Below are positions 23,585-34,690 of a DNA stretch of 64,000 bases, one piece after another. The notes below the pieces were generated by a model. The model made no database searches. It was not told the origin of the DNA and saw only the letters and a list, made by a program, of their open reading frames with translations. Positions within the stretch are counted from its first letter, which is position 1. Each line of letters opens with the position of its first letter. Position numbers and translations under genes: made by a program. Where the stretch lies: positions 2,021,502 through 2,085,501 of the forward strand of contig MU058059.1 in assembly GCA_013265495.1 (NCBI GenBank), read 5' to 3'. This DNA is from Vicugna vicugna. Lineage: Eukaryota.

Positions 23585-25416
23585 ATTACTATTTCTGCTA
23601 ATTTTGATTTATGTGCTTCTGTCTTCTTGTTGGCCTTTCCCCTTCTGATCAGATGCTAGGATTTCATTACAATAAAGTCACGTTAAATGAGAACCCAGGG
23701 TTTGGAGGAAAGAAGGAACAGAGAACTCATCAAGTTAAAGATAAAAACCATCCAGCACTTCACTGGGTGCCTTCGACCTGTGAGGCACCGACCTTGGTGT
23801 CAGGCTGGTGTTCGGCACTGGGTAAGCCACAGTCCCCTGTGGACTAGGCTCAAATGCAGCTGGGAAAACAGCTTTTCTGAGGCTTCAGGATTTCTCTGGG
23901 AAACAGAGGATACCCTACTCATTTCTTTTTCTCCTTTGCTGCTCCCTCCATTCATTTCCGAAGCCTCCTAGAAAAAGTATTTCCCCCACAAGACAGCCTG
24001 TGTTTGCTGCGTGGAAGTTCCACATGTCTGGGACCCTCCCTCAGCTGCTAGGTGCATCCTAAGGCTTCCTGCTTCACAGCTCAGCCCTGATCTAAGGAGA
24101 AACGATGGGGCCATTAGCTGTACCCACTTATGGATGATCTTACAAAACCTGACTTGTACGCACCTCGGTTCACTTACGCGGTTCGCTGTCTTCCTGAGGT
24201 TGCCGATGCTTTATTTATGCTGAGCACGTGGACTGCTGTGCTGGCCTCGTTAGAGCTGTCGGTGCCCTGGCGGGAGCCTTCCGTTCTGCTGCATTTGTGT
24301 CACACGTTTGTGACACCATGAAAGGCGGTGGCTCGGAGGTTCAAGGAAATGTCAGCCCGTGACACGTGTGAAGCTCAGCTGTGCTTCTCCATCTTTCAGA
24401 AGAAACACTACTTTAAGTTGACTTGTCATTTGCAAAACCACAATCCTGATCAATGTTTCATGAGAGGGTGCTACTAGCTTTTACCCGGACACGGGAGGTC
24501 TCTGCAGACTTTAAATCTGACATGAGTTGATTCTCAGACTTTTGCTTCTTTTTTGAACAGCCAATTGGATCAAACAGTAAGTGTACTATAGAAAGGGCTA
24601 CGTTTCCAGTGGGCGTAGGCACAATGCCCAACCATGTCCTCCCACGTGAAGGGAATCCTAGAAAACCGTTCAGGAGGAGTGGAGACAACCACTTGCTCGT
24701 GAACGAACCCATCAAGTTCAGGGACCAAGGTGCAAAGAAACAAACTCTTCCCTCCGCCCCCCTTCACACTGGGCTGCAGTGAGCACTCGATCTTCAGTTG
24801 TGTTCCTTGTGTTTATGTGCCTTGTCTGTCTCCTCCTTGAGGCTGAGATGGGAATATGCAGCTTTGTGTGACAGGCGAGGTACCGAACAGTGGCTCACGC
24901 AGAACACTGCTCAAGGGTAACCCAGATGGTGTGCCCGAGTGAGCACCCTCAGCATTAGTGAGCACTGGGTGGTAGAGACGTGGGGGGCGGGTTAGATCAC
25001 GTGCTCCTCAGCAAAGAACGTGAAAATCCTACCGTGACATCCACGTTCCACTTAGTGGCTTCCCAGCCAGAAAGCTTGCTACAGTGCGGCCCCTCTTCTT
25101 CCTGCTGCCCGACATCAGGGGCTCTGGTGGCTCTCTCCCCTTGTGCTGAGATTTCTTAGAGGGAGCTCCAAATGCCTTTCCCTTCTACTGTGGGAAGAAC
25201 TTCAGCTCTGCACCGCGCCTGCCCTCCAAGCTTGCATCCCGGAACTTATCACTGCTGTTCTGCAGAATGAGGAGCTCCCCAGGTTCCACCCTCTTTACAG
25301 GCAGCTGGTGTCCATCTCTTGTTCCTTATTCATTCCTTTGAGTCTCACGTTTAATCCAAGATGATTTTCAAGCGATTTTCCCAAAGGGGATTCTGGTAGA
25401 ACAAATCTGCTCCATC

Positions 25417-25624
25417 ATTTTCCATCCGAGTTCAATGTAGGAGGGCAGGTCACTATGAGATGGAACAAACAGAGGGGGTTAGAAAGGGAAGGTAGGAATG
25501 AAGTTAGACTTTGATACAAAAGTAGGTTTAATGGGTGAGGCGAAAAAGGGGACCATTTCAAGCTGTTTTCTGAACATCCAATCTATTTACATATTAACTC
25601 TCCCCAAACAGAAGCGTGACAGAA
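25417..25624 (+). repeat. Local duplication 1, copy B
   Basis: Direct repeat of 23377-23584, offset 2040 bp. Confidence 0.9.
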
Positions 25625-25694
25625 GAGCTGGATAAATTCTCATCATGTTCACCATAGGAGTTGGCTAGGATGATTTCTAACTCGTTTAGTTTGG

Positions 25695-26003
25695 CTATTT
25701 TTGATCCCATGTGTAGGTGATATCCTACAGGATTTCCCCTCCTCTGACTTCTTTCATTTAGCATAATGTCCCTCAAGGTCCATCCATGGTGTCGCAAACA
25801 GCAGGATGTCCTTCTTTCTCGTGGCTGAATAATATTCCATTGTCTGAATACATACCACATCCTTTTTAGCCATTAATCCATTGACAGACACTTAGGTTCT
25901 TTCCATATTTTGGCTTAATGCACATTACTTCTCGTCCTTTTGGTAACAGTCATTCTACCAGGTGTGAGTCTTGATTTGCATTTCCCTGATGGTTAGTGAT
26001 GTT
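25695..26003 (-). mobile_element. L1 ORF2 3' fragment with internal deletion
   Basis: catttagcataatgtccctcaaggtccatccatggtgtcgcaaa...ggctgaataatattccattg; ttgatttgcatttccctgatggttagtgatgtt. Confidence 0.85.
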
Positions 26004-26029
26004 TGTTTGAGGACATCGAGCTTCTAGCG

Positions 26030-26093
26030 TTAGTGATAGCCGTCAGGACCAACCCAGACTTCAACCTTAAACCAGTGAAGTATGTTTTACAGT
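26030..26093 (+). repeat. Local duplication 2, copy A (64 bp; copy B at 27480-27543)
   Basis: 61/64 identical to 27480-27543. Confidence 0.93.
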
Positions 26094-27479
26094 TTCATTC
26101 AGAGCTTATACTCCAATGACAGTCACCTGAGTTAAGATACTGAATATGCACAGATACTTCTTTTCTTGGTTGATACTGCTGTGTCTTCTCCATCATTCTA
26201 ATTTCTAGCCCCCCACCATCTGCCACTATTTTGTATGCTCCTTCTTCCTCGTTTCCATTTCACAATTTTTAAAAATATCAACTTTTAACTTTTGGCCACT
26301 GTTGCCTACCTCCAAAGCCCTTAACTTTTTTTTTTAAGCCAGGAAAGCATAATTTTAAAAAAGAGCATTACCAAATAATGATGTAAAATAAAAACTGGAT
26401 ACCAAGAGCTGTCAGGTAAACTAGTAAAACACAACAACTTCTCATCCAAACCAGAATGGATCATGGTAGGAGACTTCTCAAATACAGATAACCTTTACTT
26501 GGCAGCTGGGTCTCTAAAAAGATTGCAAAGTCAGGGAAACCCAACAGAAAATGCAAACATCCTCGTCCATGGGGAGGGATGCAGGGTCAGCGAGTTACCC
26601 AAGCAGAGGGGGGTAGCAAGGAGAGCTCTGTGGGCGGCTAGGGCTGAGAAGGGCAAGCTCACTGGAAGACCCAGATGAGGCAGCAGAGAGAGCAGGGCAG
26701 GGGCTGGAGGGGACACTCAGGGCAGCTCATGCACAGCCTGGCAAAGGACTTTGTCTTTCTTCTTAGGGCTGATATTTGGAGGCGGGAGCAGCTTTCTGAT
26801 GAGCAGATCTGAGTTCCAACTGCACATTCAGACTCATTCCAGCCATCACACATCCCCGTTCCGAGGCTCCTGCAGTAACATGCCAGCATCTCTACGTGAA
26901 GTGTGTGGGTGCAAGCCCGTCAATACCCCCCCCAACCTCAGAAAATTACCTGGTGACACCTGCTAACATTTCTCAAAAAAACTCCCTTCCTAGCCTAGTA
27001 CAAAATATTCAGATTATGAGCAAGTTCTCCCCACCCCCTGTGCCCTTACCCTTATGATTGCTTTATCTTTAAAAAAAAAATCATTAAATAATGCTTCATC
27101 TTAAAATACTGCAATAATCAAGGAAAAATAAGGATGTCTTTCCATTTAAATTCAAATCACCAGATAACAAATCTCTAATTAAATGGTACGAATGTAGCTT
27201 AATTGATATTACTCACTTCACTTATGAATTCCCTAATTACATTCTGCAGGGGCCCACTACACCCTGCTCTGTGTGGAGGGGCGAGATTTAGCTGGGGGAT
27301 TCTAGAGTCAGCAGGTTGGGTCCCCAGTCTTGCAACTTTCACATGTATGGTGACAGCATCCTACCTTAGATGCCTGGAAGCAGCCCAGTGCACGGAATAC
27401 AAGTTTCCACAGATTCACGCCTGCTTGGTCTTTTAACCAGCTCAGGCAAGCATCTCCTTCAAAGGCACATAATCTTGCC

Positions 27480-27543
27480 TTAGTGATAGCCGTCAGGACC
27501 AACCCAGACTTAAACCTTAAACCAGTGAAGTACGCTTTACAGT
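27480..27543 (+). repeat. Local duplication 2, copy B
   Basis: ttagtgatagccgtcaggaccaacccagacttaaaccttaaaccagtgaagtacgctttacagt. Confidence 0.93.
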
Positions 27544-27710
27544 GAGGCATCGCATACTAGCCCACTGAATCTCTTCCACGACCTGCTGACGTAGATGGTG
27601 TCTATCTTGTGAGGAGGAATGTGAGGCTCAGGGGAAAAGCGAGAAGACAAGTGGTCCAGGGACTCAATGGAAGAGTCTGTCTCAAAGCCACATCTCCTGG
27701 TTGCAGATCA
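27530..27710 (-). mobile_element. MIR SINE
   Basis: gctttacagt...gaggaggaatgtgaggctcagggg. Confidence 0.5.
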
Positions 27711-29464
27711 AGCCCTCTAACTAGCACCCAGTGTCGGATGACACCTTTCCTCTAGAGCTAACCTTCTATTCTTGTGAAGTGAAGGAAGTTTAAGAGGCTG
27801 CACATGGACACCAGGGTCCTGCCTGCCACCCAAGTTCTCCCTTTCCTCCCTCAAAGCTCGCCTTAAATGTAGGGACAGCAGACAACTGTTGTCTTCTTGG
27901 GATGATCTCAGAGGCACAAGGCAGCCACTGGGTGAGCAGAATATTTCTACGTACTGGCTCAAGCCTGGATGTCAACCAGTTACAGCCTCTTTCATTTGGA
28001 AGGTTTGATTCTGATGAAGAAATAACATCCCTGAGAAGGGTAGTGCTTCAGGGTGTTTCTAGAGGAGGGCGATGTAGTAGAGGGGGATGCAGCCGCTGGG
28101 AGCTGGGATGTTGGGATTCAAGTTCAGCCCCTGCTTTGACATTGGCCAGGTGGTCCTGGGAGCATCACTCAATTATCGTTCAATTCAGATGTGGTCAACC
28201 AGAGACCTGGGAGTTCTCCCAGCTTTAGCAGGCTAGGTTTTTGTTAAACTTCTTCTATGTTCTTTGTTGATGTTTAGAGCTTTCAACTGTTTTGAGTTAT
28301 GAGATTAGAATCAGCAGAGGAAGAACACAGACTTCTGTTTGATGACCTACTTCAGAGAGTCTTTGGTGTCTACTGGTTAAGATTTATTTGCTTGGCTCCA
28401 AACATAGTTGTGAAATGTTTTGGCAGGCACTTATAGGGAAGGACTCGACTGTGGTTAGCCCATTTCAAATGATGCTTGTTGAAGTTGCTGAAAACAGAAT
28501 CTTTCTGGAACACTCTTGTCGAGAAAGAGGCTGTGGTGTCAGCTTGATTCTGGGTGTGGTCCTGCTCCAACAGTAACTCTCAAAGACAACACGTTCCCAA
28601 ACCCCTCCAGCTCTTTGCCTCGGTGGACGTCACACCCTGTGTCCTTCTCACATTAACTCCACGCACTTCTTTCTTTTCTTCTTTCCCTCCCTGTCCCTCC
28701 CCAGCCACCTTCTCTCCATCTATTTTCTATTCCATTTACTTTCACTGTCTAGTCTAGTCTTTGGGAAAATGCCTAGGGCTCAAGGTCTTAAGACACTTTC
28801 AGTAAACACAGGAGTTTTATTGTGTTATTGGGGCTACTCTAGTTGGCTGAAAGAAATGCTGAGTCTGTTAAACCTGGAAAATGTCATTCTTGGGATTATG
28901 TTAAGCCTTGCAATTAGTTAATAAAAACCATTACACTGCAAAAAGTCAATTTGGCCCTCCAATTACATCTGCAATTTCCCACCTGCCCTCCACATCACCC
29001 CCTCCCCCTGCGCCGGGCAGGGTCCACATCCTGGTGCCTCTGGCGCAGCAGATGCCAAAGCGTCTGACACATAGCAGGGATGCTGGATTGAATAAGAGAC
29101 AGAAAACTGGAAGTATTAGGCATTTTAGGTGGGAAATACACAGAGACTGCAGGGGAAGAGGAAGAGAAGGTGAAGCAGATTCAATACCTTTAATGCTAAT
29201 TGCCCAATTTTCCTAACATGTTTCCTGATTTCCAGTGTTTTCCTCCTCCTCCCACCTCCTCCCCCTCCCCTCTCTTCTTTTTTTCCTCCTTTGCTGGCTT
29301 TTATTGAATCACTATTGAAATCTTTTCTCTAGACTTCCTCATCTTTCCTTTCTTTCTTTTTTCCCTTAGAAACATCTTTATTACCTGCACTCTTAAACAC
29401 ATCTCTAAACAACTTGCTGAACTGAAGAAACTGAATCCATCACTTCCACCACATTCTATGCTTC

Positions 29465-29600
29465 AAACCAAGTCTCGAGTGTAGCCCAGACTCGAGGCAT
29501 TGGGAACAGACTCCACTTCTCCACGGGAGGCGCAACGAAGGCCCACCGTGAAAGAACACGTGTGTAGATGGGGAGAGTTATTACAGCCAAACGTGCCAGC
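29465..29600 (-). mobile_element. MLT1 LTR fragment
   Basis: caagtctcgagtgtagcccagactcgaggcattgggaacagactccacttctc. Confidence 0.5.
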
Positions 29601-30425
29601 AGTGGACCACCGTGTCTAACAAGTGAAAGGAACTTTCCACAAAGTGGCTTCTGGTGCCAGTAGCCTTGGGACACACTTGTATCTCAACACCACCTCATGA
29701 TACCAACTGTGAAATGCAGTGGGTGGTAAGAATTGTCCTGGAAGCTATGCTGACCCCAGAGTGCCTAGCAATAATTTAACTATCCATGGAAGTGACAGAG
29801 AATCTTCCAAACAAGAGACGTTCCTTATCCAAGTTCCTCCCATCTGCACCTCAAGGATGTTTAGCCCCTCCAGTGCCACCTGAACTGGGAGGAAGAGCAA
29901 CGGAGGGGAGTCAAGTGGATTGTAGCTAAAGTGCCTTACTTTCATACATTTCATTCTTTAAATGCCACGGTGTGAACACATCACGAGGGTCTCACCTAGT
30001 GCCCTGGAAGCGTCCCCGGCAAGTGAGGGGCCCTGAAAGGTAAGCTGTGCTAGCTCCACAGTGAACCAGCTCTACCCGCAGCTCGCGAGACCACCTCAGG
30101 GTGAGAACGGAGAATGGGCTCTCCTCGGACCACGGGTCCACATGCTCAGAGCCTCTGAGAGGAAATCTGACTGCACACCTGGGTATCTCATATGCTGACG
30201 AAGGTGACAGAGGAGATTTTGTGGGGCACAAGGTACCATTCTACACTCACTGTTTGGGAGCATATTTGGCTTCTCAAAGGGCAAATGTACTTCCAGGGGT
30301 GTGAACTGAACCAAAAGCCAAAACAAACTGCCCCAATCAACTGAACTGCAGAACAAGTTGAACCCAAATACACAACTGTTTATAGAGTCACAAGCCACGG
30401 TGAAGTCTGATTTTCTTCCCCTTTC

Positions 30426-30458
30426 AAAAAAAAAAAAAAAAAAAACACACAAAAAAAA
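30426..30458. repeat. Poly(A)-rich tract
   Basis: A19 followed by cacacaaaaaaaa. Confidence 0.85.
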
Positions 30459-32146
30459 CATGTTTTATTTTCTTTCCCATAATGTTTTCATTAATTTTTG
30501 TTTTGAATTCTAAAAAGCTCTGTAGACGGAGCAAGTGTGATTTTTCAGCCAAACTGAGCTGTGCAAAAAAATAACTTTGTTTTCTTATATCTAAGCTGAA
30601 GTCTACCTCAATTTCTCAGAGCTGCCTGGAAACTGAAAATGTACACAAAACCATACATGCAAGTGCAACTGAAGTCAGAGATTTTGCAGTAAGTTTTGGC
30701 TTAAGTGCAACCAAATTAAAAAATTTCTCCTTCCGCAACCTTTGCTTGGTTCTGAATTCCCTGTTGGACTTACCGTCTCATCACCTCGTAGGGACACCAG
30801 ACAGGAAGCTCTCTGTATGTTCAACCCCTAGACTGGCTGGTCCAGATCCTGTCAATTTCCAGTCGCCCAAGTGCCTCCCTCCAGAATTTAGCTGGGGCTG
30901 CAGGCAGTGCGCAGGGACTTGCAGAGACCAGAGCTCCCTCCAAGCAGCGGAGCCTGATGCCGGGGCCAATCTGGTGCCCCTGAGAAGAGGACCGCGTGTC
31001 TGCGTGGAGCTTGCAAAGGGGACGAACACAAGACTGAGACTATGCAACCACAGGACATTGGCTAATGTGGAAATGAAGTCGACTGAGTTGGACATCTTTC
31101 GTAACTGCAAAAATTTTAAAGCATGTTCAGTACTTAAGGCTCCTTTCCATTCCTTTTCATTATTTTAAAAGAGATATTTAAAATCCATTACAATATTCAA
31201 TCACTGAATCTTGCAAATGCCTGAATGCATCATCATTTGACTCTTGGGGACCAGCAGGCAAAGGCAGGAATCTTTCTATGACTCCAGCGCCATGACATCC
31301 TCTTCAAATTTGCATCGAGCAGAACCACTATTAAAGGAAGACAAGTCATTAACTCAGGGCAAAGAACTCTTTAAGGACTATCTGTTCTGAGAAAAGCAAT
31401 GCGAAAGGAGTGCACTTTCCATTTCTTCTTTGATACTCAGTCTCTGCGTCTCTGCTGCATCTGCTCCAGCCTCTCCTGCCCGTCTGCATCCCCTCCTCCT
31501 GTCTGCATCCCCTCCTCCAGTCTCTCCAGAGTTCTTCTAGCCCCGCTCTTACTGGTTCCTCTTCCTTCCTTGCTCAGCCCCATCTCCCACTGGCCAAGCC
31601 CAGCCCCTACCACCCCCAGTCCCCACTGTCCCCACCCCTCACAGGATGCCTCCCCCCATCTCTTCTCATCAACATTTGGACATATTTCTATCAAAGTGCT
31701 GGTAACCACGTATTGAAATGATGTGTTAGATTTCACTAAGGACACAGAGGTCATCTTCATTTTGCTGTTTCCCCAGTGCCTCTCTCTTCTTGGCTTTGCT
31801 GGGACCTCCCACCTGGCCAGGGACAGAGCAAGCACTTCATAAATGCTTGCTGGATGACATGCGGCTCCAGGAGGCCAGTGCAAGGTGCCCTGCCACTCAC
31901 TTCACTGACTCATTCCATCCAATTCCCACAGCCGGCCTGCGAGGAGGAAGCGCCATCGCCCACTAACAGACGGGGACGTCGAGGGACCAAGCCTCACTTG
32001 CTCAGTGCCCTGTAGCTCACAGGAAGGGGGGACCACAATCTTCCTGGGGCAGTGCTGAGGCCTCTGAAAGATGAAATAGACTCAGCCTGCGTGACAAAGC
32101 TTTGTTCACGGAGCTGCAGCGGTGGCCGTTAAATCAGAGATTCTGA

Positions 32147-32510
32147 AAAAAAAAAAACCAAAAAACCAAGCTCATAGATACAGAGAACAGACTGGTAGTC
32201 TCCAGGCGTGAGGGTAGGCAAAATGGGTGAGGGGAGTCAAAAGATACAAACTTCTAGTTATAAGATAAATAAGTCCACGGATATAATGTACAGCATGGTG
32301 ACTACAGTTAATACTGTGTCACATGTTTGAAAGTTGCTAAGATCTTAAAATTTCCCATCACAAGAAAAAAGAATTCTGTAACCATGCCTGATGAAGGGTG
32401 TTGACTAGACTCACTGTGCTGACGATTTCACAATATGTACAGGTCAGATCGTTATGCTGTATGCCTGAATCTAACATAATGTCATATGTCAATCTTACCT
32501 CAATAGAAAA
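32147..32510 (+). mobile_element. L1MA9-like 3' UTR
   Basis: caagctcatagatacagagaacagactggt...gtacagcatggtgactacagttaat...atatgtcaatcttacctcaat. Confidence 0.85.
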
Positions 32511-32626
32511 CCAATTCTGGATTCTGGGATCAGCCCATTGGCACACGACGTGGATAAACGGAGGGGTGCGTTAAGCAGACAAATGTCAAAATACAGTAAC
32601 AGAGAAGTGATTACAAACTAACAGGA

Positions 32627-33104
32627 TAATACTACTCAGCCATAAAAAAGAATAAAACAATGTCATTTGCAGCAACAGGGATGGACCTACAGATGGTCAT
32701 TGTAAGTGAAGTGAGTCAGAAAGAGAAAGAAAAATACCATATGGTATCACTCACATGTGGAATCTAAAAAAAAGAAGACATAAATGAACTTATTTACAGA
32801 GCAGAAACAGACTCACAAACACAGAAAACAAACTTACGGTTACTGGGGGGGAAGAAGGTGGGAAGGGATAAACTGGGAGTTCAAGCTTTGCAGATCGAAC
32901 TGCTATATACAAAATAGACAAACCAGTGTCTACAGTATAGCATGGGGAAACTACATTCAATGTCTTACAGTAACCTATAATGAAAAAAGTGTGAAAGGAA
33001 CACATTTATGTGTCTGTATGACTAAAATATCATGCTGTACACCAGAAATTGGCACAACATTGTAAACTGACTACATCTCAAAAAAAAAAAAAAAAGGAAA
33101 AAAA
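32627..33104 (+). mobile_element. Younger camelid/artiodactyl L1 ORF2 end plus 3' UTR with poly(A)
   Basis: tactactcagccataaaaaagaat...atgtggaatctaaaaaaa...gctgtacaccagaaattggcacaacattgtaaactgactac followed by an A-tail. Confidence 0.9.
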
Positions 33105-33111
33105 CAAGACC

Positions 33112-33495
33112 AAAATTTTGCCGTTTGTAGCAACATGGATGGCCTTGGAGGGCATTATGCTAAGTGAAACAGAGAAAGACAAAATTTATATAAAATCACT
33201 TATATGTGGAATCTAAAAAATACAACAAACCAGCGAATGTAACAAAAAAGAAACAGACTCACAGACACAGAGAACAAACCAGTGGTTATCAGTGAGGAGG
33301 GAGGTGGGTAATACAGGGGTGGGGGAGTAAGAGATACAAACTCACGTATAAGCTGCAAGGAGATACTGTTCAACACGGGGAAGATAGCCAATACTTTATA
33401 ATAACTATAAATGGAGTCTAACCTTTAAAAATTGTGAATCTCTACATTGCACACCTGTAACTTATGTAATATTGTACAGCAGCTGTACTTCAATT
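33112..33495 (+). mobile_element. Older artiodactyl L1 ORF2 end plus a different 3' UTR
   Basis: ttttgccgtttgtagcaacatggatggccttggagggcattatgctaagtgaa...gtacagcagctgtacttcaat. Confidence 0.88.
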
Positions 33496-34043
33496 CACCA
33501 ATCAATACAACGAACCAACAGGAAGGCCCAGCGCCCTCTCCACTTTCTCATATCAGACCTCTGTCAGGACCCAGACATTTGCTCATTTCAGTGAGCACTG
33601 AGTGAGTGCCTACTCTGTCCTCAGAACTGTTCCAGGGGTTGCAGGGTGCTAAGGAGCTTGACATCTAATTGAACTGAAAGACAGAGTGAGACAGTGAACA
33701 AACCTCAGGGTAACCGAGCCTGGAAGAGGAGAGAAAAGAGTGCAGCCTGGATGCGCCAAGAAGTCCCTGCTCTCCAGGAAAACGCGCCGTCTCCTGGAGA
33801 GAGCTGATGGCTGGCACAGCTTGGCGAAGAGGCAGGTTCAGGAGAGGGAAGGGACCAGGTGCACTCTGCGTGGGTGAAGTTCCTGTCACTTGAGCCCCAA
33901 GGCAGCCATGGACTTGGCTGTCTTCCTTGTGCTCTGTCCCAAATCCGTTTACTGGCTACCTGTGGAGGTGTGTTCTATGAGTTTGGTGTGTATTAAGCTG
34001 TTTAATTCTCATGCTCTTATAAAATACTATGATTATCTCCACT

Positions 34044-34185
34044 TCATTTTTGTGGGGTTGGGGGGGAAGTAATTAGGTTTCCTTCTTTCTTTTTTTATTT
34101 ATTTAATGGTGGTACTGGGGACTGAACCCAGCACCCTGTGCACGCTAAGCACACACTTTACCACTGAGGTCTACCCTCCTCCTCC
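34044..34185 (-). mobile_element. Vic-1 family SINE, full length, 13-bp TSD, inserted in a MIR
   Basis: tRNA-like head plus the tail AAACCTAATTACTTCCCCCCC on the minus strand; TSD gattatctccact at 34031-34043 and 34186-34198. Confidence 0.9.
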
Positions 34186-34474
34186 GATTATCTCCACTCT
34201 ACATATGAAAATGGAAATACAGACGAAGCAGCATGCCCCAGGTCACATGGCCTTTCAGAAATTAACCTGGGATCACAACCCAAGGCACTCAGCCTTGACA
34301 ACCGGGGCTGGTGACAGTGACAGTGAACCCTAGGCTGTGGCTGCCTCTCACTGCAGTGGCTCTGAGCTGGTGGGCTGGGCCCAGCTCCATTCGGAGTAGT
34401 AATAAGCCACTTTACTAAGAAAGAAACCTGTGCAGAGGGAGGCTGGGTGTCCACGTGCTGGGAAGAGAAGAGGA

Positions 34475-34690
34475 TTTAGGTCAGAAGACCAGGTACTGAA
34501 TGGAACTGCTATGCTAGCTGGTTCTGTGCCAGTCAGCCCCCGGGGATCCCAGCCTCATCGCAGCTAATGTAAGGCTAACACTACCGACCTCACAAACCTT
34601 ACGAGTACCAGACAGACTGCACAGCAGTGTCCGAAACAGTGGCTGGCACCAAGCAAATACTCTGTAAGTAGAGGGCAAGTGGAGTATCAG
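34475..34690 (+). mobile_element. MIR SINE
   Basis: aggtcagaagaccagg...cagcctcatcgcagctaatgtaagg...cagtggctggcacc. Confidence 0.5.
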
